Origin: Paramoeba atlantica
Lineage: Eukaryota > Protista > Discosea
Direction: 5' to 3'
DNA: 64,000 bases
NCBI GenBank assembly: GCA_977017575.1
Contig: CDRNVI010000164.1
Span: 248,001 to 312,000 of the forward strand
In this document: positions 45,616 through 59,060 of the stretch, one piece after another
Layout of the letters: every line of letters starts with the position of its first letter
Numbering within the stretch: position 1 is the first letter of the stretch
Made by a program: the position numbers and the translations under genes
Notes under the pieces: generated by a model
What the model saw: the letters and a program-made list of their open reading frames with translations, nothing else
Told to the model about the DNA's origin: nothing
The model's database searches: none

Positions 45616-46030
45616 TGTTGATTCTGATCCTTTCACTCAATTTCTGGGAGAACAGGTTGTTTTGAATTTGGTGGGTCTGCTTTTTTTGAAGGAACCATTT
45701 CTTGGACCAAATTTCTCAATTGATTAAAGACGTTTCCCAAAAAAGAAACCCCCACAAAAAAAACGTGAGAACGTCACAAAAGGCTAAAAAGGAAGCGAAC
45801 TTTTCGACTCTTTCGAGGGCAAAAAAAAGTGACATCCGCTTTTTTTAGAGAAATCCCATTTTGGGATCATTTATTTTTCGGGAAATCCGAAATTCAAAAA
45901 TGTGAGACTTTTGTAAGATTTCTGTTTAACTCAGTTTTCCTTCCTTTTTTTCCTTATTTTGTTTTTTTGTTTCGGTTCCGCTGTTGTTGGTGCTGGTTTC
46001 GTTGGGTTTTTTCCCCCGTTTTTTATAATT

Positions 46031-49000
46031 ATGGAGATCGAGATCGAATTGGAGAATGAGAATGAGAAGACTTGGAGGGTCTCTCTTTTTGTTTTGTTTT
46101 TTGTTTGGGAAAATCTCGTTTTGATTTTTTTTTGTTTAGGAGGCTTTTTGTGACCACGATCAAGAAAACTTGCTGGTTGACCCGCTCCCTCAACCAAGGT
46201 CCTGCGCTTTGTTCTCTTTTTTTGTTACTTTTCAGCCATTTTTCTCACAAGATAAATAGAAAGCCTTGTTTGACGAAGAAACGCAAAAGCATTCTTCTCT
46301 ATTTGTTCGCTCTCTTTGTGATCTTTTCTTTGATGGTTTGCCGAGTTTTGCTGTTGTTTTTGAAAAAAATATCAAACAAATAATTTTCTGGTCACCCGTA
46401 GGTCTCAATCACAATAGGAGTCTATCTCTTGGCTCAAGATGATCATGACGATTTACTGGAGAGTTTGTTTCAAGAAAATGCGAAATCAATGGAGTTGGCC
46501 ATTGTTTCTCAATGGCACACTTTACAACTTCTTGAGGTTTCGTTTTGAATTTTTATTTAAAAAAAAGTGTTTCTTAACAAACGTTAACAGCTATCATGTC
46601 GTCAATTGGTGCTCACCTTCGATCCTTTTCTCTTAGCAAGATCCAATTTTACAAATTTTACTCTCCCATTACAAGATTCTCTCGCTCTTCGCAACAATGG
46701 CCAAAGTCAAATTCAGGTTCCTTTTCCTTTCTCGAAAAAAAAAAAAGGAAATGGTTTTGATGACTTTTCTTTCTCAAGGCATGGTCTGTTATTCCTCGAG
46801 TTTGGGATGAAGACAGAAAAAGTTACGAAGAAAGTGCTGCAAATGAGTTGGATATCCCTGGTTATGTTTTGACTGAAACCACTGAAGATGGTGTGGTTCC
46901 TCGTTCAACTCAACCATATTATTTTCCTGTCTATTATATCGATCCAATAGAGACGAATGGAAGAGGTATTTTTTCTTTTAAATTTCTCTTTTCTGAAAGA
47001 GTTCATTTTTATATTCCTTTCGTTAGCTGCTGGATTTGATTTGAATAGTAACCCTTCAAGACACGATGCCTTGGTAAAAGCAGCAAACACTGGTTTACCT
47101 GTATCAACTGAAAAAATTACCCTTGTTCAAGAAACTGGATCACAGGTCTTTTTTCTTTTCCATCTTCTTTTTCCTTCACTCATTTTCAACTTGTCTTAAC
47201 TTTTTGAAACAAACAGTCTGGAATCCTTTCTTTCTTTCCAGTGTTTTCTACTTATATCACAGATACAAACACAAGTCGATTCGATCCAACAGATCCCCTC
47301 ACTCGCCCAGACTTATACGGTCTTGTTTCTCTCGTCATTCGAGTGGGTGATTTTGTGAATGCTTCGAAGTTGGCAAAGGGAGGGAGTAATCTTGATGTCC
47401 GAATTTATGATACATCTGGTTTGTTTTCACTTTATTTTGAATCATTGCAATTTTGGATTTCTGACAATTTTAATTTTAATAGACCCAGAAAACAAAGTAG
47501 AATTGTATGCTGACAATCGTTCTGATACCCTCAAATCATCCAAGTATGTTGGAGGTTTTTATGCAAATGATCGATTTTGGGAATTAGTCATTCATAACAC
47601 TAAAGAGTTCTTCTTTTTTTTCAAATCTTCAGATTATTTGAGTAAAAGATTTTCTGACCCAACAATCAATCCACAGATTTTCGAATTCAGTTGATAACTC
47701 AACAGACGAAATTATCTTAGCCATGGGATTGGTTTTGTCTGTTGTTGTGACAATTTTATTTGCTGTGGTGTTTTATGGATTCCACAGAAACTCGAAAACA
47801 GCTGCTAGGTTGAAGCAAAGTTTAGTAGAACAACGAATATTGGGAGAACAAGCAATGATGGTTTTTTTTTTCTTTTGAATTTTATTTGTTTCTTTTATTT
47901 TTTAGAGTTTTATTTTGAGTTTTAATTTTTGGAGAGAAATAATAAAATTGTTGTGTTAGTGTTTTTAACAAAAAGATAAACAGGCATATCAAGCGAAAAC
48001 AGATTTTGTCTCAAATATGAGTCATGAAATTCGAACACCTCTCAATGGAGTTCTTGGTACAACTGATATTCTTGTTCATAACCTTCCTCATTCAGTTTTG
48101 TATTTCTTCGTTTTCTTTTTCTTTCTTTTTTTAATTTGGTCTTTTTTATTATTATTTAATTGAACATAAAAAAAACTAGGTTTTAGAACAAAATCAAATA
48201 GAATTTGATCAACTTCAATCGTGTACAAAGATACTCCTTGCACTTGTGAATGATATTTTAGATTTTTCGAAACTTGAAGCAAATCAGGTTTTTTCTTTTT
48301 CTTTTTCTTCTTTTGAAAAGAAACTTATCTTTTCAAGTTTATTGATGAAAATATTATTTTCCTTTTTTTTTTTTTTTGATTCACAGACAAGGATCTGTAC
48401 AACTGAAGCGAAAGTGGAACGAGTAGTGAATGCAACAATTTCGACTGTTCAAAACAAAGCAGCTCAAAAGAATGTGACAATAGTTTCTGATATTGATGAG
48501 CAAAGTAATTAAAAAACACTTCTTTTTTTTGGTTTTTTTCATTCACATTTACAAAAAATATGAAATCTAACAACTTTTCCTTTTTCTTTTTCTTTCTTTT
48601 TTTTTTCATGAAAAGGAATTTTAATGGATGAAACAAGAGTTGGACAAATTTTGATGAATTTTTTGTCAAATGCTGTAAAGTTTACACCTGAAAATGGGAG
48701 AATTTCCCTTTCAGCTAAAGTTTTGGTAATTCTTTTTTTTCACTTTTTCTTTTTTTTTTCATTTTCATTTTTCTTTTCATTTTCTTTTTTTCAAATTCTT
48801 TTTCTCAACTTTCAATTAAATACAGACATCTCCTGAAGAAGAATATTGGATTTCTCAACCTGAAATAAGACTCCACAACAGATATATCTCAAGTTCTGAA
48901 CCAAATATTGGAACCAATCGAGAAGTTGGGGTGTTAAAAATGAGTGTGGCAGATACAGGTTTTCTTTTTTCAAATTTTTTTTTTCGTTTTGTTTTGTTTT

Positions 49001-50492
49001 GTTTGTTTTGGAGAAATGGAGCAAGAAAACGAAAATTTATTTTTAATTCACACAAATATTACAAAAGGGATTGGGATTCCAAAAGAAAGGAAAGAAGCTC
49101 TTTTTGCGAAATTTGAACAAGTTGATTCATCTGTGAATCGAGTTTATGGAGGAACAGGTCTTGGATTAGCAATTTCCAAAAGGGTTAATGTTTCTTGCTT
49201 TCTTTTTTAACCAATTTCAATACTTTTCCACCTTTTTATTCTTTAATACTTTTTTCCCATTAAAATTGAAATTTTTCTTCTCAAAACAGCTTGTTGAGTT
49301 GATGTGTGGAGAATTGTGGGTGGAAAGTAAAGTTGGAGTTGGTTCAACATTCACTTTTTCGATTCCTGTTTACTTGTCTGATGAAGACACTGGCTGGTTT
49401 ATTTTTATTCATTTTTTTTTTTGATAAAAGAAACATTTTTTTAAATCCTTTTTTTGTTTCCACAAAATATTGAGAATCTAACTTCTTTTCACAAGGCCAA
49501 TCGAAGATTTTATTAAAAGAGTTTCGAGCTTTCTTCCTTTATCAGAAGATCCAAAAGAAGAAAGGAGTAAATACTCTGATGAGCCTTTTCCAACTGTATC
49601 ACCGCCAACTCGTGGTGACGACAAGAGAAAGAGGGGAGTCAGAAAGAAACAATTGGATGAGAAAGGTTTTTTTTTTTTGGAACCAACAACAAGAGAACAA
49701 ATTCTTTTTGTTTTCTTAATTTTTTTCATCATTTGAGAGAAAAAATTAATTCATTTTTGATTTGGGAAAATAGTTGCTCCACAAAAGATATTGGCTGTGG
49801 ATGATAATGAAGTGAATCAATTGGTGATTCAGCGGATGTTAATGAGAGATTCTCATCAAGTTACTGTCGTCTCAAGTGGGGAACAGGTTCTTTTTCTTTT
49901 CTTTTTCTTTTTCTTTTTCTTTTTCTTTTTCTTTTTTTTTTTTTGTAAAATCTCTTTTTTTATTATTCTTCTGTTTTCTTTTTTTATTCTTCTGTTCTTC
50001 GTTTTGAATTAACACAACAACAACAAAAATAAACAGGCTATTGCAATCTCAAAACAAGAGAAATTTGATGTGATTTTTATGGATTGTAACATGCCTAATA
50101 TTGATGGATTCCAAGCTTCGAAAGCAATTCGTGAAAATTCTTCTTGTTTGAATTGTGAAACTCCAATTATTGCATTGACAGCTGATATCGAAGAATCCAA
50201 TGAAAAGAGATGTCGAGAAGCAGGTTTTTTTTTCTTTGATTTTTCTTTGATTTTTCTTTTTTTTTCTCTCTTTTTTTGTTTTGTTTTCCCCTTTTTTTTT
50301 TTTTCTTTTTCGATTTTTCTCTTTTTTTTTCCTTCTTCCTCTCAATTTCTCTATTCTTGTTGTTTCTTAACATTAGGAATGGAAGGATTTGTGACCAAAC
50401 CAATCATTATTGCATCTGTGAGAAAAGCTTTGAGAAGAGCAGTTGAAAATCCACCTGCAAAAACAGAAGAATCACCACCACCACCTCCTTGA
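46031..50492 (+). CDS. Hybrid sensor histidine kinase (TM-CHASE-TM-HisKA-HATPase-REC), copy R
   Basis: ATG 46031 MEIEIEL; same motifs and intron positions as copy L; ends [12 protein letters not shown]. Confidence 0.93.
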
Positions 50493-50634
50493 GAGTGCGT
50501 TTCAAACTTGCATTCAATATTTTTTATTAGATTTTTCTGTGTTCAACAGGATTGAAGATGGAAAACGATATTTATATTAAAATCGTTATTTAAAAATCGT
50601 TATTTAAAAGAAGAGAAGAGCTAGATGTGGAAAT

Positions 50635-52328
50635 CTAATCCACTTGTTGAGCAATAAACATAAAAATATCATGACCAGGGACTGTAGTCTCAAATCCTCC
50701 AGTAAATTCTCCCACATTTTCATGTGCCCAGACATCACGAACATTGGCAGTTGAATTTGAACTCCAACCCAAATCTGTCCAATTAATTTGAATTTTCTTG
50801 TGGCTGTGGCGAGAGCCAGCATTGAAAAAGATGACGGCATAATTTCCATTCAAAAGTGGTTTGGTCCAAACTGATGTTTCTTCGTTTTGAGAGAGAACAT
50901 CTCCTGAAAGGAAGAGAGGATCTTGATTAATTTGGATCACCTGAAAAACAAAAACTGGTTGGTGAGAACAAAAAAAAAAGAGAGAGAGGGGAAAAATATA
51001 AGATTGCCTCATTGTTCATCACAATCGATTTTTTAGTGTCAGACATGTTTCGAATATCAGTGGCCACAAGAAGAGGTGACATCCAAAGAGACCAAAAAGA
51101 AAATTCGGTCTGAAAAAAAATTAAAATTAAAAAGATGGAAAAATAATCAAAAACAAAAACAAATCATCATCCACAACCTTTGAGACATCATAAGGCATGG
51201 TTTCAGGAAAAAGAGTTTCGAGAAAGTCAGGGTCCATATATCCAAATTGTTGTGCGATTTTACTTGGGCCAAGTGTTGCCATAAATTGAATGATATCACG
51301 AACCCCCTTTGCGTTAAAACATTAGAACAAAAAAAGATAGAAAGGAAAAAACAATCAAAATTGAAAACCTGTCCAAAACCTTCACCAGCTGCAGTGGGAG
51401 GCCAATGCCAATCAGGGAGGTGATCCATTTGAATTCGAAACATCTGTCCATACTCAGCTCCCCAAGAAACCACATCTTCTTCCCCCCATTGACACAGAGA
51501 AAAGAAAATGGGTCGCCCTGTCGCATTTAATGCTTGAGAGAAATTCATATAGAGATCTTTTCCATCGACCCCACTTGTTTGAAAAGACAAGATTAGATAA
51601 AGATTTCTCCTAGGATTTTGTTGTTACAAAAAAAAAAAAGAAAACCTTGGTTTATGGCAATAGTCAGCTTTGACGAAATCAACTCCCCAACTGGCAAGAT
51701 TATTGGCATCTTGTTCATAATACCCATACGAACCTAATTTTTTGGACAAGATTAAACGAGAAAACAAGTCGATTTTACAAAGGAAGAGATCTACAAAAAA
51801 CAAAATAACGACCTGGTCGATTGTATTTACAGGTTAAGGTGCCAACACACGTATACAAACCCAGTTTTAAACCAAGGCTATGGATATATTCAATCAAACT
51901 TGGCATTCCAGAAGGAAAGCGAACAGGATCCGCATACAAATTTCCGTTTTCATCTCGGTTGTGTGCTGACCAACAATCATCGAGATTAACATACTCATAC
52001 CCCAACGCGGTCATATTTTGGTCAACCATCGCTCTTGCGATTTCTATTCTTTGTTTTTTTTAGCACAGAATAAAGAAAGTGATGAGCCTTTCTGTCAAAA
52101 AAAAGAAAAAAACCTTTTACTTCTCGTTCATTGCAAAAATCAGTTGCTCCACAAGCATCATCCGTACACCTTTTTTCTCAACTCAATTTCAAGAAAGAGA
52201 GAAAGAAAAGGAGTGAAAGAGAAGATCTACCAGGTATTCCAACCCATTGGAGGTCGTTGACCAACTCCATTATCATAACATACTCCAATTACCACTAAAT
52301 AACCCACACAAAGAAAAAATTTCCTCAT
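50635..52328 (-). CDS. Alpha-galactosidase / alpha-N-acetylgalactosaminidase, glycoside hydrolase family 27, multi-exon
   Basis: Signal peptide, DNGVGQRPPMGWNTW, YEYVNLDDCW, RFPSGM, LGLKLGLYT, GRPIFFSLCQWG, C-terminal beta domain NVRDVW..VPGHD. Confidence 0.92.
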
Positions 52329-52722
52329 AACTCGAAGTCGAAGAGATAGCGATCTGCGCACAAAACAATTATGACGGGGAAAGGTTCCAAAAAAAAAGAT
52401 TATTTTAATTCTCTTTTTTCGTACAACAAAAAGAATTTGAGAAACAAAAGAGAGAAAAAAAGGTTTGAAATTTTCTGAGAGAAAAAGAGAACAACCAACT
52501 TTTTTCGAGTTTCACAAACTGAAATAAAAATAAAAAACACGAAAAAAAAAAACCCAAAAAAAAAAAAAAAAGAAAACAGCGGTGTGCGCAAAACGTAAAA
52601 TGAGCGAAAAAAGGGTCCCAAACAAAAGAGGCCCTTATTTGGGTTTCTTTTTTGTGTGGAATTGTTGGAATTGTTTTTTTTTCTTTTTTGTTTGAAAACC
52701 AATCCAACAAACCGCGTTCGTT

Positions 52723-55700
52723 ATGCAACAAGGAGAGTGCGCTCCTCCCTCTCCACGACAACTCCCTCTTATCCCCAATAGTAATGGGGTTGCAAAGCGA
52801 GATCTCCCTCTAATTCCTTCCCCTAAACAACAAGCCTCACCGACTCAAAGAAGAGCTCTCCCATCTTTCCCGACGGAGAGCTCCGTCGAACGAACACCAC
52901 CATCACCGCCATCCCCACTCATTAAACCAACACCTCCAGTCCCACCAAAAAGATCCATATCATCCACCTCAATCAAGGGACCGTCGCGATCAATCACACC
53001 AACGCCAGCACAACGATCTGCGCAAACAAGCTCCCCTTTCATTTCACCACAAAAAAAGAGACTCGAAGTCGAATTATTCGGAACAGCAAAATCGATCTCG
53101 TCTGCACAAATCTTAACAAACCCAACCAACTCTGAAAAATCAAATCCTTTATCTTCTTCTGCTACTGGGGTACCCCCGATCTCCCCAAGAAGACAACTCA
53201 GAAAAAGTTTCAATCCCTCTTCTTCTCAATCAGCCGCCTCGATTTCTCAAACTCCTGGATTATCTCCAAGGGGAGTGAATCCCATTCCGATCAAAGAGTT
53301 TGCAGAAAGAGAGAAAGAAAAAACAAGCCCCGGAAGAGAATCGTCAGTGATGCCAAGAGGGCTCCCACCAAGTCCAAGACAACCAAGAACGCTCACTCCT
53401 TCTCAAGAAAGGAAAGTATCTCCTCAAACTAGCCCAAGGCGTCCCCAATCGACAAGAATCCTCGCTTCTCCTTCCTCTTTTTCTTATTCATCTTCATCAT
53501 CGGAAGAGACCAGTGCGTTCTCTCCTTCTGGATCTTTTCCTGAACCAGTTTTCTCTTTTCTTTCCTTTTTTTTTATCTCTTTATTTTATCTCTTAACCTC
53601 TGATTCCAAAAAATAGAGACAAATATCACCAAGAATGGTTGGACCACCAAAAATTGACCCGCAAGAAGAACCACAGAAAGTAATACCTTTTTCTCTCCTT
53701 CTTTTGTGTTTGATCGTAACTTTTTGGATTCACCCCCCCCTCCTCCTCTGGATTAATTAGGTCTGTGTCGGAAAATCAGTCTGGTTGGGAAATAGAAGGA
53801 TCACAGCCCAAAACTTTGCTTCGATTGCTGAAGAAATTACAATGGTCTTTTTTTTTGCTTACACCCTCTCCTCCTCCACACAACTTTCTTCCTGTAGGGA
53901 AAATCTCTAACTTTGTTCCTGTGAACAGACCGCAAACAAAAAGAGCCAGAACTTGGATGAAAGAAAAGTTTCTGGTGATGCTCCGGTCAATTCAATAGGT
54001 ACTTTTGAAAAAAGTAGGAGATTTAAGAACCAAAAAACTTATTTCAGTTCTATCTAGAGGCAAAAGAAGCACGCCGAAAATTAATCGTCAAAGAAATCAT
54101 CACAACTGAACAAGATTATTCTGTATGTTCCTCTTTTTTCTTTTCTTTTTGATTTTCCTCTCCTGAAGATTGGAAAAAAACAGGTGGATTTAGCAACTAT
54201 TGTTACTCGTTGGGTTATCCCCATTCGGTTCTTCTCTTTCTTTGTTAAAATACACTTTTAGAAGTGTTCTTTCTTTTTAAGTTCATCAAAAAGTCATTCC
54301 ATTTTTTTTTCAAAATATCGACAGGCAATCTGGATGTCTGACCATGGAGTTACTTGGATGTCTCTTTTCGAACGTTGAAATTTTATCACAATACATGCAC
54401 GGTCTATTACGTTCTCTGACAGATGCTGAGGAACGAGGAGAATTAGAAAATTCAATTGGTCTCTCTTTTCTTTTTCAAATTTCTCCGGGTCAAAAAAAAC
54501 ACCTTCTGAACCAGTACTTTTTTTTAGGAAACATCTTTCTTGCAAATGCAAAAAATATTTTGGGGTCTTATACAGTTTACTGTTTGAACTATGATGAAGG
54601 TTTTCTGGGCTTTTTTTTTTCTCCTTTTTTTTTCTCTCCTCAAAAGTAGTTTTTCCCCAGCGACGAATTTGTTGGTGAAACTGCTTAAGAAGAACAAAGA
54701 ATTTCAAAAAAAGCACAACAAGGTATTTTTTCTTGGATTCTTTTTTTTTTTTGGAACGATGCTCACAATCTTCTGAAAATAGTTAATGGAAGATCCAATC
54801 ATGAAAGGTTTGACTTTAGGCGGATTTTTAGTGAAACCAGTGCAACGTTTGTGTAAATACCCTCTCTTACTCAGAGAGTTGATTAGTAATACTAAGGGTT
54901 TTTTCTCTCTTTTGATTTTTTTTTCTCTGTTGAAGCAAAAAACGAGACACAAATTGATGAATTGTTCAAATAGAATCTCACCCCGATTTCCACAATCTTC
55001 AAGCGGCCTATGATGAAGTTCAAAAGGTCTTTTTCTTTATTCTTTCAAAAACAATCAACTTCTTTTGTTGTATTGTTAAAAAGAGATTTTTATCAATTGG
55101 TTTTGGGTTCAAGAAAGTGTAACTCTTAGCTGTTGTGAACATACAGTCGAACTGGTTTCGTGGCTTCGGAAGCCCATCTTAACTCCTTTTTTTTCTTTTT
55201 GTGCCACTTGTTGTTGTTTTTATTGGGAGACTGATTTTTTCCCCCTCCAGTGTGTTAAAGCTGTGAATGAAAACTCCAAATCAGGAACCAATACAAGAAA
55301 TTTGAAACGTATTGAACAACAACTTTGTGGGAAGCTTAAAATTCAGTTATGTGTTTCCGGGCGTCGTTTTATTCATGAAGGTTTTTTCGAGATGATCTCT
55401 TTTTTTTTGGAAACTTTTTGGTCGTTATAACTTAGAACTTGAAAAATAGGTCGAGCAAAAAAGGTTTCAAACACAAGAACAGGAACTCATATTCAAGAGA
55501 GGCATTTCTTATTATTCAATGACCTTCTCCTTTATGCTGAGCCTGTTGTTGGTTTGTGGATTTCTCTTTTCTTTTTTTCCCTTTTTTCCTTTTTTTTTTC
55601 CTATTGACGAATTCTTAAAATTGTTTGTTCCCTATCAAGGTCAAAAGAAGTTTCGAGTCAAAGGAAGCATTGATCTGGCCGATTATCGAATGCAAGAACT

Positions 55701-56901
55701 TCTCCAAGAGGATGGAATCGAAATTTTTCCTCGATCCCAGGTAAACCTTGTTCTCTTGATACACTCCTTTTAAATCGATTCAAATTAATTTTTTCTTTCT
55801 AGGGTTCAGGGGACATGGATCAAAAATCGTATGCAATGTTGTTTCGAAATACAAAAGAGAAAAAGGAGTGGGTGAAATTCTTCGAGGAGGCTTTTGATGA
55901 AATAGATGAAGAAAAGAAGAAAAATGAAGCTCAGGAAGGAGAAGTTGCCGCTTTTACAATATCTGGAAACAAAGATGCTGGAAGCGATCAGGTTTTTTTT
56001 TTTTCCTCCAACTATTATTTTTCGTGTGAATTTAGATCGATTTTTTTTTTTCTCTTTGGCAGGTCAAACTCCTTCAGGTTCGAAACAAAATCGAGGGATT
56101 CCAAAAAGCTTTTGGTGTAAATTTTAATCAAAAATGTGTTTTTGAAGGGATGTTGATGTTTCATGACCCACGACATCACGCGGCAAAGTACACTCCTCGT
56201 TGTGTATTAGTATTTGAGGGATTAGTTGCCATCGCAAAAAGAAAGAGTGATGCCCGTAACGTGAAAAATAGCTTGATCATCGAGAAGAAGATCCCAATTA
56301 ATGATTTGAAAGTGCAAGTTGGTAATCCAACTTCAATGCCTCGAGGGGCTGTTGTTGCTGAGACAGAGGAAGAAGATGGTGGAGGAGGTTGTTTTAATTT
56401 TTTTTTTTGATGAACTTTTTGCAACAGCCTAAAAGGTTTCACTTTCTTTTTATTAATCTCTTTGTTTCTTCCTCTTAGTTGGGGCAAGTGATGGGTTGGC
56501 TGGATCATCTTCCTCTGTTCTGACTTCACCAAGATTTGGAAAAAGAGCTCGATCACGTTCGAAAATAACAGGTTTGATCTCTTGGTTCCTCTTTCATTCC
56601 GATTTTGTTCATTTTTTGAAACCTATTTTATTTTAGCTCCTGAGAAGAGCCTGTCATCAACAGCACTTCTTACAAATACAACTTCTGGTTTGCATTTTCT
56701 TTTTTCTTACTGGGTTTTGACAGTTTTTCTAACTATTTTTTGTAGTGGTGATGGTTCAGGGTTGTACATTAGTCATGAATTTAGGGAGTGGGGAAGTTTT
56801 CATGTTTAAGGGTCTCACCCACGTCGCAAATGGGCTGTCAGAAGCTATCCTCTCACTCCAGGTCTATTTTATGTTTTCATTGGTGTTCTTTCCAGGATTA
56901 A
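52723..56901 (+). CDS. Dbl-family RhoGEF (Pro/Ser-rich N-terminus, DH-PH, further PH-like region); 3' end uncertain
   Basis: KEIITTEQDY, LFSNVEIL, LGGFLVKPVQRLCKYPLLLREL, HPDFHNLQAA, AVNE, RRFIHEG, ERHFLLFNDLLLYA. Confidence 0.85.
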
Positions 56902-57300
56902 AAGAAACTAAAATTGTTAAACATCCTTCTTTTTTAGATGAAAAAAAGAACTGTTTTCAGCGGCGGTGGTGTGGCTTTTGGTGACCTTTTGGGTGGCAAG
57001 GAAGAGTGAGAAGGAAGAGAAAAAGAAGACCAATCTCACGATGCTCCAACATTTTCTTCGAAAAATAAGGAAAAACAAAGAGGACAACCCTTCCACGAGG
57101 AGTCGGAGGATGTCTCTGATAATTCAAAGAGTGTTTTTTCACAAAGTGGAAAAAACTCACCCCCCAAAAAAACGGTTCTTGGAGAAAAAAAAAAAGAACA
57201 CAAAAAAACATATTCCCAACAAAAAAAAAAAGAAATCTTCTTATATCAATTTTTCTTTTTAATTACTTGAATTATTTTAACCCCTTTTTCAAAAAAATAT

Positions 57301-58621
57301 TTACTGAGGTTGTTGCCAAGCAGAGGCAGCACCTGCCAAACCAGCATCCCATTGAGGAGGAACAGCAGCAGCGGGAGCAGCAGCTTGCTCAGCAGGGACA
57401 GGAGCAGCAGCAGCAGCAGCGGGAGCGGCAGCAGGAGCATCACCCCAGTTTCCAGCGGGTTGAGATGGATCCCAGTTACTGTCCCAGTCGAGGGGTTGTT
57501 CCTGTTCAGGGGCAGCCTCTTCTTGTTGTGGGTCATCAGGGTCACGGTAGAAGAAGAGATCAACCATCACTTCCCATGGTTGTTGACGAGAGATGGCTCC
57601 ACGAAGACGGAGAACCTCACGGCAGAGCTGGAAGGAAAAGTTGAGAAAATGAAGGAAAAAAAAAAACAATTTTTTCACACTTCCTACTTTTTTCACGCTT
57701 TTGCTCTTTCTCATTCAAAAAAACAAAATAATAAATCACGTAACCAAAAAAAAAAATCTTTCCACAACAGACACCACACACACAAAAAGAAAAAAGAAAA
57801 AGACAAGGAAAGAGATACCATCCAATACATAAGACCAATGGACAACTTGCTCTTGTTGTTGCAAGGGATAGCAATATCAACATTCTTCACAGATTGTTCG
57901 CTGTTCACGAAAGCGATTGTGGGAAGGTTAACATAAGCAGCCTCTCTCAAAGCTTGCCCATCACCATAAGTGTCAGTCACAACCAAAAGGCGAGGCTCGA
58001 TGAACTTCTTCTGGATCTGATTAGTGAAAGTACCAGGAGTGAATCGACCAGAGACAGCACGAACACCAGCGAAGTGAGAGAACTTCAACACAGCCCGTTG
58101 ACCGAATTGACGAGCGGAGATAACAGCGACGTCTTGTGGTTTCTCCACGGCGACAATGCAACGAGCAGCGAGCATAAGCTTCTCCCAAGTTTTTTGGAGG
58201 TTGAAGACATAATAACCTGACCAAAAAAACACGAATTAAAAGGTGAAGAAACAAAAAAAAAAGGGAATTGACAGTGATTTTTTTCTTGCTTCTGGGTCAA
58301 TGAGGTTTCTTGGGGGGAAAATTGGAGCCCAAAAACTCAAGAAAAAGTTCATTATTTCTAATCTCTTTTCTCTATCTTTCTCTAAAACACGGGAGAAACC
58401 CACTTTTCTCGCTTGAACGAGAAAAAAAAGGTTGTTTTCTTTGGTCCAAAAAAGAAAACAAAAAAAAAAGAAACAAAAAAAAAAATACCATCGCTGCGAC
58501 GTTCCCAGATGTATCGCTCCATGTTGGGGTCAAGATTGCGAGACCCACGGTGAACCTCACAGGCCAACATCATCTTGATATCCTCCGGGGAGGGTTGGAG
58601 AGCAGCGGGGAACTGCGACAT
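57301..58621 (-). CDS. RPSA: 40S ribosomal protein SA (uS2), 3 exons
   Basis: [70 protein letters not shown]. Confidence 0.97.
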
Positions 58622-59060
58622 CGTCTCCTAAAACACTCCCAGATTAGAGAAGACAAAAAAAAACGAATTTTTTCGATTTTGGTGTTTTAGGAAAGGGTGA
58701 GGTGAACCCTTTGTTTGAAATTTTTGGACAGAATTCATGGAAAGATTTCAAGAAAAAGAGAAAAAAAAGACAACAGACGAACCTGGTAGTTGAGGAAAAA
58801 AGGGAAAAAGAGAAAAAAGTCTTCCCTTGATTCCCACCCTCCTATAAAAATACTATTGAAAAATCCATTCCCACCCGAGAAACGAAGGAACGACGAAAAC
58901 CCCCCTATTTGGGTCACTTTAAAAAGCCCCTCAAATTTGGGCGGCTTTTTTCTTTTTGTGTTTTTTTTTTTGATTTTATTATTGTGGGGGGTTGTTTTGT
59001 TGGCGTCTGTGTGTGTGTGTTTGTTCTGTGTTCGTCGGACTTGAAACGTGGAGAAGAGAT

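Larger units (their letters stand above)
40180..50520. repeat. Large inverted duplication (arms about 40180-44800 and 46260-50520)
   Basis: Exons and most introns of the two kinase genes are reverse complements; similarity ends about 25 bp beyond each stop codon. Confidence 0.95.

Noticed and set aside
40180-50520. Inverted arms as terminal inverted repeats of a DNA transposon or foldback element
   Set aside because: The arms are the kinase genes themselves; I saw no transposase in the spacer and no target-site duplication.
56960-57262. Extra coding exon or small gene between RhoGEF and RPSA
   Set aside because: Short open frames exist, but I could not tie them to the RhoGEF with a consistent splice or recognise a motif; left unresolved.
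57640-58490. Intronic snoRNAs in RPSA
   Set aside because: I found no convincing C/D box pair or H/ACA double hairpin by eye; a snoscan/snoReport run would be needed.
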